The position numbers and the translations under genes are program-made. The notes beneath the pieces are model-generated. The model was not told where the DNA came from, ran no database searches, and saw only the letters and a program-made list of their open reading frames with translations. Shown here piece after piece: positions 30,431 through 39,126 of a DNA stretch of 60,975 nucleotides. Each line of letters opens with the position of its first letter. Position 1 is the stretch's first letter. Source of the DNA: Patescibacteria group bacterium (GTDB lineage Bacteria; Patescibacteriota; Minisyncoccia; Minisyncoccales; JAHCRE01); the NCBI GenBank assembly GCA_020148025.1, contig JAHCRH010000002.1:1-60975 (forward strand). Direction: 5' to 3'.

Positions 30431-30458
30431 TTGTCTTGCAAGATACCTTGTGCGACGC
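30431..30458. other. dif-like site
   Basis: TTGTCTTGCAA-GATACC-TTGTGCGACGC; same arms as 26525, different spacer. Confidence 0.75.
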
Positions 30459-30509
30459 TTTCCGTTATAGTAAATACCGTATGACATCAAATTGGATTAC
30501 CCCCCTTTT

Positions 30510-31808
30510 TTATGGGGACGATAATAAATCTCTAAGCTCTAGGGCATCATCAATGTTAAATTTCTTTTTACAGTAAGGGCATTCCATTGTTCTATCCAAC
30601 GATGACTTTCTTTTATTATGTAATTCTCTAGTGACCTCTCTTCTACAGAATGGACAGAAGAATTGTTCTCCACTAGGGTAGATGGCTCCTGAACCAGCTA
30701 TACCTAAATCACCGGGCCTAAAAGCTCTTGTAATATCTTCGCCCCTAATACCACTAACGCCTGTATCGTAGATTCTCTCAAAACCTCTATAATCACCGGG
30801 CCTAAAAGCTCTTGTAATATCTTTGCCCCTAATACCACTAACGCCTGTATCGTAGATTCTCTCAAAACCTCTATCGGGGCTGATAACTCCAACGCCAGCA
30901 TCAGAGATTCTATCAAGTCTGAAAACACCAGTATCAGGTCTGTCATATTCACTTCTCTCTTTAATTTCTTTTAAAGCTTGCTTTCTAACTTTCTTTTTGA
31001 TCTTTACATATTTTCCAGCTAATTCCATAAAATTATCTAATCGATACATATAAAAACTCATTTTAGTCTTTTCTACAAATTCATTGATAAGCTCTGGTCT
31101 TGGACCAATAATCTGATTTTGAGAAATTAACCACCAGTCTTCTTCCTTTTCGTCAGTAATCAAAATAACGCCTTTGTTTTCACTCGCAGCTTTATCAATC
31201 ATTTGTTTCCACATTACTAAGTCTCCATACTTTCTATTTCCTCTTTTTTCTTTCCTATCCTTGTAACCAGGTGGCACCTTTTCCTCGTACCTTTCCTTTC
31301 CTTCTCGGTAAATCTTTTTAAGATCCTTGCTAGAATACGGAGAACCAACTTTAGATTTAAATAGGCTAGAAATTTTTCTAATAATTTTGTCGTCGCTCAG
31401 TAGTTTCTTATACTTTTTCTTGCTAGCGTTTAACTCTTTTCTAATCTCTTTAAAAATCTCAGAAAGATCTTCCATAGTATCTTCCCTTATAAGATGACGC
31501 TTCCTGCGGTCTTTAAAGTCTTGTTCAATTTGATTAAGGGACTTAAAGATTAACTCGTGGGACTTTAACTGTTTTTCTATTACGTTTAGGCGATTCTTAA
31601 GACATTCTGAAGAAGCCTGATGAGACAACCAAATTCTTTCCTTAATTTTTGGCAAGGTTAAGATCCGAATAAATTCTTCTCTAGTTTTATCGGAGTACCT
31701 ATAAAGGTTCAATAAAACACTAGCATCGAAAGTAAAAATACAGCTATTCCATAAGCTTTTGAATTGTTTTTCGGATAGCTTGAAATATCCAGGAAAAGTT
31801 TTTTTCAT
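30510..31808 (-). CDS. PIN-like domain protein with repeat region and C-terminal Zn ribbon
   Basis: FDASVLLNLYRYS, PPGYKD, YGDLVMW, LITDE.EEDWW; CPFC..CPYC. Confidence 0.82.
   Translation of the reverse strand: MKKTFPGYFKLSEKQFKSLWNSCIFTFDASVLLNLYRYSDKTREEFIRILTLPKIKERIWLSHQASSECLKNRLNVIEKQLKSHELIFKSLNQIEQDFKDRRKRHLIREDTMEDLSEIFKEIRKELNASKKKYKKLLSDDKIIRKISSLFKSKVGSPYSSKDLKKIYREGKERYEEKVPPGYKDRKEKRGNRKYGDLVMWKQMIDKAASENKGVILITDEKEEDWWLISQNQIIGPRPELINEFVEKTKMSFYMYRLDNFMELAGKYVKIKKKVRKQALKEIKERSEYDRPDTGVFRLDRISDAGVGVISPDRGFERIYDTGVSGIRGKDITRAFRPGDYRGFERIYDTGVSGIRGEDITRAFRPGDLGIAGSGAIYPSGEQFFCPFCRREVTRELHNKRKSSLDRTMECPYCKKKFNIDDALELRDLLSSP
30707..30874. repeat. 2 x 84-bp in-frame tandem repeat
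   Basis: 30707-30790 vs 30791-30874, one mismatch seen; 28-aa unit RGFERIYDTGVSGIRGxDITRAFRPGD. Confidence 0.95.
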
Positions 31809-31936
31809 AAATAAATCCTCTATTTAAAAAATGAGACTTATCATTAAAAGTTGTTAACCTAAATAAAAATTGTCCAGCCCCGTACCGTCTGGGACAGAGC
31901 CCAGCGACGGGCTTTTCAGTTTATTCTGTAATATTT

Positions 31937-32119
31937 TCATTCATTTACTTCTACTCTAAAAAATTTCTCATTATCATCCAAAATACGGCCACAGCGCCCA
32001 CACTTCCATTGGCCAATTCTTGTTCCAGGACTAAGATATTTTTTATCCCCAACACACATATTCACCAAAACTCTGTCGGATTCCTTTTTGCACTTATTGC
32101 AAACATTAATTTTTTTCAT
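31937..32119 (-). CDS. Small Zn-ribbon protein
   Basis: CNKC...CGRC. Confidence 0.6.
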   Translation of the reverse strand: MKKINVCNKCKKESDRVLVNMCVGDKKYLSPGTRIGQWKCGRCGRILDDNEKFFRVEVNE

Positions 32120-32225
32120 GTTTTTTATAAAATTTATAGATTTTTCTTAATTTTTTCTTTCATAGATTGTTATCCGTCTCGGTCGCTCGAACCGAGCACA
32201 AGCCTGCTCCGGGGGACGGACGATG

Positions 32226-33092
32226 TTAGAACTTGTGCTTCCCGTGACTTATTAAATCTACAAGGCTAGAAGGACTCCCGTCCCAAAAAATTACATTAGT
32301 CAATTTGTGTAAATTAGCCTTTGTAGAATATGATAGTTTACTTATACCTATATCTTTTAGTTCAAAAATGGGCTTCTTAGAGAACTTAAATCTATGTGGC
32401 CACTTTTCGCTTGAACCGTGTTCCCATCTCTCTTTTTCATTATAATAATAACCCTCTGTAACTCTAAATACAATAATTTTCTCAATTTTGCCCTTGAATT
32501 TATTAAATGGAACTCTGCCACCAGTTACTGCCCTCCCCTTTCTTCTCAATGGATACCATGGCCCAATAAATGCAATCAAATCCTCTTTTTTTATATCTCT
32601 AAACCTATTTAATTGTCTGAAATTCTTAGGTACGCCCCATGTTTGTTTTTCAATCTCCTCATAAAAATGAATGTTTGCAGATTTATTTAAATAATAAAAC
32701 CATAATTTAGGAAATTTTCTCTCAGAAATTTCTTTAACTACTTCTTTCAATGACTCGGATAATATTCTATTAGAATTTTTGCTAAACCAATTTTCAAAGT
32801 CTTTTCTCTTAATTATTATTTGTTCAAGTTCAAAATTTTGATTTTGCTCAAAAACAATGATAAAGCCATTATCTTCCTTTAAAACTGAAATGTCATGATT
32901 AAAATCACTAGTTTTCCATTCAATTTCTGCTGGAACTTCGTTTCCGTCTTCCAGTAAACAATAAACATCTGGATATTGGTCAAAAGTAGGATTAAATTTA
33001 GATTTAATTATCTGTAGACCTCTGATAGAATATTTTTTACAATTTTCTACCCAATACTTCTGTAGTATTTTTTCATCAACCCATTTTGGCAT
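32226..33092 (-). CDS. PD-(D/E)XK nuclease fused to an EVE/PUA-like domain
   Basis: YPD..AEIEWK N-terminal; TWGV..IKKEDLIAF..WPHRF C-terminal. Confidence 0.65.
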   Translation of the reverse strand: MPKWVDEKILQKYWVENCKKYSIRGLQIIKSKFNPTFDQYPDVYCLLEDGNEVPAEIEWKTSDFNHDISVLKEDNGFIIVFEQNQNFELEQIIIKRKDFENWFSKNSNRILSESLKEVVKEISERKFPKLWFYYLNKSANIHFYEEIEKQTWGVPKNFRQLNRFRDIKKEDLIAFIGPWYPLRRKGRAVTGGRVPFNKFKGKIEKIIVFRVTEGYYYNEKERWEHGSSEKWPHRFKFSKKPIFELKDIGISKLSYSTKANLHKLTNVIFWDGSPSSLVDLISHGKHKF

Positions 33093-33124
33093 AAATATTA
33101 CTGAAAATAATTTTAATAACTTTC

Positions 33125-33337
33125 TTATTTTTTTCTTTTTCTCTTTTTAATTTCTTTCGATTTCTCAACGAGGTACAATAGAAGCCCTTCGATATTAACA
33201 ACCCTAGCTCTTCCTTTATTAATATCTTTGTGGCGAACAAAGAATGTAATTTTTCCTTTTGCTCTCCCAATATGAACTAAAAATGCTTCAGATTCTTTTA
33301 TTTTTTTAAGCATATTTAATTTAATTTTATTTCTCAA
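33125..33337 (-). CDS. Small basic hypothetical protein
   Basis: ORF co-oriented with neighbours; no motif. Confidence 0.4.
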   Translation of the reverse strand: MRNKIKLNMLKKIKESEAFLVHIGRAKGKITFFVRHKDINKGRARVVNIEGLLLYLVEKSKEIKKRKRKK

Positions 33338-33399
33338 TTAAGCCTTCGACTTTTTGTTTATTTCTCTTAATTTTTTTTCATAGATTTGGTCGTCAGCCA

Positions 33400-33717
33400 T
33401 TATCTCCAAAATTGATACCATTTTTTCCTACTTTTCCTGATTTTCTCAATATTCTTATCTATATAAGGGGTCGGCATCCAATTATCGGTCAAATCAATTT
33501 TGTAGTGGTAGTTCAATCTGTGGCCACATACTGAACAGTGCCTAAATTTTTGATTGATGTGCTTGCATTTGAGTTTTAGTAAAAATTTTGATAAAAATGG
33601 TATTTTAGAAAGATTAACAAACCCATACCCACATTGCTCACAATAATTAGCGTCTATATTGTTTCTCCATAAACAAATCTTACATTCTTTCTTATTGTTT
33701 ATATTATTCATATTCAT
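33400..33717 (-). CDS. Zn-ribbon hypothetical protein
   Basis: CKIC..NYCEQCG..HCSVCG; ends KKWYQFW. Confidence 0.6.
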   Translation of the reverse strand: MNMNNINNKKECKICLWRNNIDANYCEQCGYGFVNLSKIPFLSKFLLKLKCKHINQKFRHCSVCGHRLNYHYKIDLTDNWMPTPYIDKNIEKIRKSRKKWYQFWR

Positions 33718-33851
33718 TTTTCCTTCCCCAAGTATAATGCTTCTCCACTTTCAAGATAGCCCGATTTTCGAGAAAGTTCAAGCAAGAATAAAAATTGCCC
33801 AGCGACGGGCTATTTATTTTGAGTATTCGAAATTTTGGGTATGTTCTCAGT

Positions 33852-34664
33852 TTATCCAATTCCTCGATTTGTTAGGCATACTTTATTTATCAGGCACTTA
33901 TTACATTTAGGTTTAGCGCTACAAACATCCCTTCCAAAATGCCAGAATATTCTATCCAATTCGCCGGGAGAGTAACCGCTTTTCTCTGATAATCTAATGA
34001 TTAGATTCCTAAGGAAAATATAATTTTTCTCATTCCCCGGATTAGTCCCTAAGTCGATATCACCGTACCCATAAACTAATAAACCAGTCCTACTTAGAAC
34101 CCTAACTACATGGAGGTCATTTGCGGCATAGAGCTTTGAAAAACAACTAAGTGCTAAATCTCTTACCTTAAAGCCAATATTTAGGATATTTAAAAATGGG
34201 TCGTCAGGAAAATTCTCTTTATATTTCTTTTCTGCTTCTTTAAAATATCGTTCCCAACCCTTTTTATATTTTTTAAATAATACCTTTTTAGCTCCTAAAA
34301 ATACTTTTGTTCCACTTTTCACTCCCCATCTATACTTTGCTTTTTTCAGAACGACTTTAGCTTTATCCTCGATGATATCGTTAAAAGTTTTAAATTCCGC
34401 ATTCATTTGTCGGTAAATATACGCTCCTCTCTCGCCCGGCATTGCTCTCATTAAAAGGTTCATAGTAAAGGTATTAAATATTTGAATGGGTTTTCCTTTC
34501 CTGTTCTGAGATAGTTGTTTTAGATAGGATTTTCTACAGTCTTCGATGGTTTGCCTTCGCTTTATATAACCTAAAGAGGGATGGATTTCTTCTGAACCAA
34601 AAGTAGATTCTATCTTCAGAATTGGAGAGATTATTTTATTTACATTAGGAAGTATCAACTTCAT
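33852..34664 (-). CDS. HhH-GPD DNA glycosylase-like protein with Fe-S motif
   Basis: IGFKVRD HhH-like, DLHVVRVLSRTG, GRDVCSAKPKCNKCLINKVC. Confidence 0.8.
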   Translation of the reverse strand: MKLILPNVNKIISPILKIESTFGSEEIHPSLGYIKRRQTIEDCRKSYLKQLSQNRKGKPIQIFNTFTMNLLMRAMPGERGAYIYRQMNAEFKTFNDIIEDKAKVVLKKAKYRWGVKSGTKVFLGAKKVLFKKYKKGWERYFKEAEKKYKENFPDDPFLNILNIGFKVRDLALSCFSKLYAANDLHVVRVLSRTGLLVYGYGDIDLGTNPGNEKNYIFLRNLIIRLSEKSGYSPGELDRIFWHFGRDVCSAKPKCNKCLINKVCLTNRGIG

Positions 34665-34742
34665 ATTAATACGTTATAAAGAAATTGCTCAGCGATGGGC
34701 TTTTTTTGTTCTTACTATAAAAACACAAAACTGACCATTCCA

Positions 34743-37691
34743 CTATCTCATTTCTTTCGTAGCTTTTAATTCTTCTACTAAAGCGTCATAAACTTTAGGT
34801 AACCATTCTTCAATCTGTGCATCAGAAAATCCTAAAGTTTGTAATATATTTTTATCCAATTCAACTCTTGCTGGGAATCTCTTTTCTAATTGTTCAATAA
34901 TAGAAGGGAATTCTACATTTGTTATTTTGTCAAAGGTTTTTAATAACGATTTCCTTTCGTTTTCGCTTAATCTATCAACATTAATAACATCAATAAGCGC
35001 CAAATCTGGCTGCATTATTTCAATAAGCTGTCCTGTGGTCTCACTTTTATTTAAAAACAACTGAACCAAATAGAGAATGCTATTAAGATATAATGATAAG
35101 ATTTTACTCTTTTTAGGGTTATCAATCTTAAATATCAGAAATTTATTGGTTGGAACAAATTTTGTATCAGAATAAACTGCTAAAAGATGAGTGTTGTCAG
35201 AATACAAATTAAATCTCCGGGGAATAGCTAAATTGGTTTTCGTATGCTCAGACTTATCTTTTACAAAATTCCAGTCGAATTTCCTTTTTTTATTCCAATT
35301 TGAAAATTTAATTATAGAATCAGAATCCTTAAAATCTGATTGTATTAAATAATCATGTTTCTCGTTTAATGAAATGGATTTTATTCCTGTGATAGTTTTC
35401 AATGCAGGAACGGTTTTATTCTTATCTATTCTATATCTAAACTTAGGTATGGATTTAATTTGAAATGAAATATTATTATTTTCTTCCCTTAAAAGAAGAA
35501 AGGCTCTTTTTTCCCTGCTTTTATCAGAGGGTCTTATTAAAAACACTATCTGGCTTAAGCCTGCGGGGTAATCTGGGAAACCGTATTGCAACCAGTCTTT
35601 TTCAATTTTAATCATTTTATCTTTAAATTGTTTGCATTGAGCTAAAAAGTTATCGATAACTCTCTTCCGTTTTAATGCCGAAAAGGCTAAAAAATACATT
35701 AAATTATACTTGTTTTCTAGTAACTTCTTATGTTCTATGAATTCAATTTCAAATTCCTCACACGAATACTGATAACCTGCTTTTGGATTAATACTCTTTA
35801 TTTCTTTAATCAGATTTCTTGCATCTATATCTGATAAATCTCTTATAGATTTTTTGAGAAATATTATTCCTGTTAAATCTTTGGGTTTCGGTTTCCTCTT
35901 TTGGGTAATGAAGAGTATGTCTCTAAATGCGGCGCCTTCACTAAAAGCTATCTCTCGAGTTGTTTTCAGAATATATTGAGTGTAATAATTCTTAAGGATA
36001 TAATCCCTTATTTGCTGAGTGGCTTCTCCTCGAGCTATATTTATCGGAATAACTAATCCCATCCTTCCTTTTTCTTTTAATAAATAATCTGCAAGTGCCA
36101 AGAAGAATCCCCAGAAATTTATTTGATTGCCGCATATTTTTATTAAATGCTGGAAATCTTTTAAATGTTCTTTGTATTCTTTTGGCATCTTGTGTCTATC
36201 GGAAAATGGCGGATTCATTAAAACTATATCTAGAGGCTTTAATATAAATTTCTCTCCTTTCCCACCTTCGAGCCCCACAGCGCCAGCACGCTCCAATACT
36301 TTTTCTTTGCCAAAAATAGTAAATTGGGCTAGAGTCTGAAATGGTTCAATAGGAATTCCCTCTTTGGTAAACTCTGGGCTTGATAATCTACTTTGAAGCT
36401 CTAATGAGTCCTGACAGCCTACCCTTACTTTATTTGTTATTGCATTAGGATTTTGAGCAGCAAGATTAACAGCTGTAAGATGAGAAGCGAATGGCATTAT
36501 GTCAATTCCTGTTATTTGCTCTTCTACAAATTTTTTATGAAGATTTTTCAATTGCAAAGAGGAATTGTCCTGTTTTTTTTGTTTATACAGATTAAATTTT
36601 CTCTTATAAGCGGCGACTAAAAGCGTTCCCGAACCACAGGCGGGGTCAATGACTGTATTGTCCCATTTATCAATTGTTAAGCCGGCGAGAATGTCTGCAG
36701 CTATAGGGTTCGTATAAAAAGCTGCTAACACTTTTCTTGTAGTTGGGGGTAATAATTCGTGATAAAGTCTTCCCAATAAATCATGGCTTACAAATTCTGG
36801 CTTTAGAATATTTATTGCTTTAATAATTTCTCTAACCTCTGCTACAATTTCTTTTTGATTTGGTAATCTAGAAGCTAGATCTACTGAATAAATCGCTTTA
36901 TAATTAATGTCAGTAATTTTTTTGAAGTAGCCCCTGAGGCTCTCGATAGAAGTTATTTTACCTTCATCTAACTTTTCTATTTTTCCTGTGGTCTCAGAAA
37001 ATACACGATAAAAAAGTATTTGGTTGCTGAGAAGATAGGGAATCAAATCAATAGCAGCAAGTTGAAGGTTCTCTATAGCCTTTTTAGTCTTTTCTATTTG
37101 TCCTAAACCTAAGAATAAATCGAATCTTCCAACCACTATATCTATTAATTCACTAATTTCCTTTTTGGTTCTTTGTGCTCTTAAAATCTCGGAAATTATA
37201 CCTATGCCAGTTCTTAATGTCTCGATAACAAGTTTAAATGATGTTTTCGTCTCTTTAGTGGCCAGGAATTCATCTATGGAAAATTTAAGCCTTGGGAATA
37301 ACTCCGAAGCCTTTACCGATGAAAAACTCTCATTAAAAAAATCAGAGAGGAAAATTGCGTTAACTTTACTTTCTGTCGTTAGGTGTCTTACTATCTCGGG
37401 CTTTATAAATAATGGAGTTCTTATTTGGGCCGGATACTCTATGACTAAAATACCGTCTCCTTTTACCTTCTGACAATAACCCCAAGCCTGGGTAATGCCC
37501 CGTAAAAGATTCTTTAAATATCTTCCAGTCCCTATTTTGATCTCGGCTATAAATCTTTTTGAATTGTAGAAACACTCAAAATCAAAATAGCCATGTCTAA
37601 TCCCTATAGCAGAGATGTTGTCAAAACCATTTGCTTTTAGTAGCTTTGATATTTCAGGATATAGGCTTTGTTCCGTTATCCTTTTCTTCAT
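34743..37691 (-). CDS. Fused restriction-modification enzyme (type IIG-like)
   Basis: N-terminal FD..IAEIK nuclease motif; FYT, DPACGSGT, MNPPF; C-terminal TRD. Confidence 0.88.
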   Translation of the reverse strand: MKKRITEQSLYPEISKLLKANGFDNISAIGIRHGYFDFECFYNSKRFIAEIKIGTGRYLKNLLRGITQAWGYCQKVKGDGILVIEYPAQIRTPLFIKPEIVRHLTTESKVNAIFLSDFFNESFSSVKASELFPRLKFSIDEFLATKETKTSFKLVIETLRTGIGIISEILRAQRTKKEISELIDIVVGRFDLFLGLGQIEKTKKAIENLQLAAIDLIPYLLSNQILFYRVFSETTGKIEKLDEGKITSIESLRGYFKKITDINYKAIYSVDLASRLPNQKEIVAEVREIIKAINILKPEFVSHDLLGRLYHELLPPTTRKVLAAFYTNPIAADILAGLTIDKWDNTVIDPACGSGTLLVAAYKRKFNLYKQKKQDNSSLQLKNLHKKFVEEQITGIDIMPFASHLTAVNLAAQNPNAITNKVRVGCQDSLELQSRLSSPEFTKEGIPIEPFQTLAQFTIFGKEKVLERAGAVGLEGGKGEKFILKPLDIVLMNPPFSDRHKMPKEYKEHLKDFQHLIKICGNQINFWGFFLALADYLLKEKGRMGLVIPINIARGEATQQIRDYILKNYYTQYILKTTREIAFSEGAAFRDILFITQKRKPKPKDLTGIIFLKKSIRDLSDIDARNLIKEIKSINPKAGYQYSCEEFEIEFIEHKKLLENKYNLMYFLAFSALKRKRVIDNFLAQCKQFKDKMIKIEKDWLQYGFPDYPAGLSQIVFLIRPSDKSREKRAFLLLREENNNISFQIKSIPKFRYRIDKNKTVPALKTITGIKSISLNEKHDYLIQSDFKDSDSIIKFSNWNKKRKFDWNFVKDKSEHTKTNLAIPRRFNLYSDNTHLLAVYSDTKFVPTNKFLIFKIDNPKKSKILSLYLNSILYLVQLFLNKSETTGQLIEIMQPDLALIDVINVDRLSENERKSLLKTFDKITNVEFPSIIEQLEKRFPARVELDKNILQTLGFSDAQIEEWLPKVYDALVEELKATKEMR

Positions 37692-37873
37692 ATATTTTCT
37701 GTGTGTTTTTTATTTGAGTTTTCTTTTAAAAATTTTTCTAAATCTCTCCTCTTAATACGCCACTGGCCAATGCGAGAAGCTCGAAGTCGGCCAGATTCGA
37801 TATAACGCAAAACAGATCTTTCGCTGACCTTGAGATATTTTGCTACTTCTTTAATAGTAAAGAGATGATCCAT
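37688..37873 (-). CDS. Excisionase-like HTH protein (HTH_17)
   Basis: FTIKEVAKYLKVSERSVLRYIESGRLRASRIGQWRI; overlaps the R-M gene start by 4 nt. Confidence 0.9.
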   Translation of the reverse strand: MDHLFTIKEVAKYLKVSERSVLRYIESGRLRASRIGQWRIKRRDLEKFLKENSNKKHTENI

Positions 37874-38042
37874 GTTGTTTTATTTTAAGTTTTAAATTAT
37901 CGCCTGTCAACTTTTGGCAATTTTTGACAGAATTCTCAACGTGTCTAAATGTCGCACAATATTGAAACTGGGCTTGAAGTACAAATTGAAAAAGATACTA
38001 ATTTGTTCGGATATATATTGTCCGAATTGTCCGAACTACTAA

Positions 38043-38070
38043 ATGTCGCGCAATATGTCTTGTGAGGCTA
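38043..38070. other. dif-like site (opposite orientation to 39027)
   Basis: ATGTCGCGCAA-TATGTC-TTGTGAGGCTA; extra half-site ATGTCGCACAA at 37949. Confidence 0.7.
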
Positions 38071-38148
38071 TTCTGTAAATAAAAAAAAGCGGTTAGAAAC
38101 CGCTATTTTGGAAAGAACTATTATAGAAAATGGAAAGAAAGAAAAAGA

Positions 38149-38937
38149 TTATGAAGACCGAATAGGAGTTAGTAGTAATTCAACTAGTCTTTCTGTGGGC
38201 AATGCCGTGATTAGTTCTTTTTTCTCTCCTCTTTCTTTCAGAATTTCCTTGGCTTTTTCTTTGTATGTTCCTGAGCAGTTATGAGCTAACCATTCGAGAA
38301 TCGCATTGCCAGGTTCTTGTTCTATAAGTTTATCCCAGGCCGCGGCTTTATAACCTTCCGGAGCGTTCAATATCAGGTCTCGCAGATCACCTTCAGTGGG
38401 TGCTTCTTGAAGTCTTTTCCAAGCCTTAAGTTTGTAATTCTGCGGAGCAAGTTGAATCACTAAGCAAAGGGCTTTGTGGTTATCTTTGAATGATGCGGAA
38501 TTCAGAACCCATTCTGAAACTTTGGCTCTATATTTTTCCGGAGCCCCCTCCAGTAAATCTTTGATCTCTTCAAGAGAAAGCTCTTTAGATTTAAGCATCA
38601 TCCATGCTGCTTCTGGATATGATCCCGTAGCATGCTTGATTATCTTACAAAAGATAGCATTGACAGGACTTCGTTCTATAAGAGCCTTCCAAGCTTTTTC
38701 TTTGTAGGCTTTATCAAAGCCCGTATTTACTAGACAGCAAAGAGCGAGAGTGCCTTCAGCAGCTGGTAATCCTGGCAGTTTTAGAATCTCTTGAAAAGCT
38801 CTTTCTCTATCTTTTCTCAGCGGAGCTTCGTTGACTATTCTAATAAAGATAGATGGTTTCGTACCTGTCCGTTCTGATAGTACCTTCCAAATCATTTCTC
38901 TTTCAATTCTACCGATTTTTCCTATATCTCTTTTCAA
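38149..38937 (-). CDS. Helical-repeat hypothetical protein
   Basis: Repeating APxxYKxxAW units. Confidence 0.75.
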   Translation of the reverse strand: MKRDIGKIGRIEREMIWKVLSERTGTKPSIFIRIVNEAPLRKDRERAFQEILKLPGLPAAEGTLALCCLVNTGFDKAYKEKAWKALIERSPVNAIFCKIIKHATGSYPEAAWMMLKSKELSLEEIKDLLEGAPEKYRAKVSEWVLNSASFKDNHKALCLVIQLAPQNYKLKAWKRLQEAPTEGDLRDLILNAPEGYKAAAWDKLIEQEPGNAILEWLAHNCSGTYKEKAKEILKERGEKKELITALPTERLVELLLTPIRSS

Positions 38938-39026
38938 TTTTTAACTCTCCATTTCTTGATGTTTATATTATATGCCCCAGTAAATAATTTGTCAAGGTTC
39001 TGCACCGCTTTCTTATTTCCAAAATG

Positions 39027-39054
39027 GCCTCACGCAATATATCTTGTGCGATAT
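39027..39054. other. dif-like site
   Basis: GCCTCACGCAA-TATATC-TTGTGCGATAT. Confidence 0.7.
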
Positions 39055-39126
39055 TGAACAAACTTGATTTTTTTTAAATAACTCTTATTATAAAAACAGC
39101 TCGTTGAAAAGGAGGTGAATTGAAAA

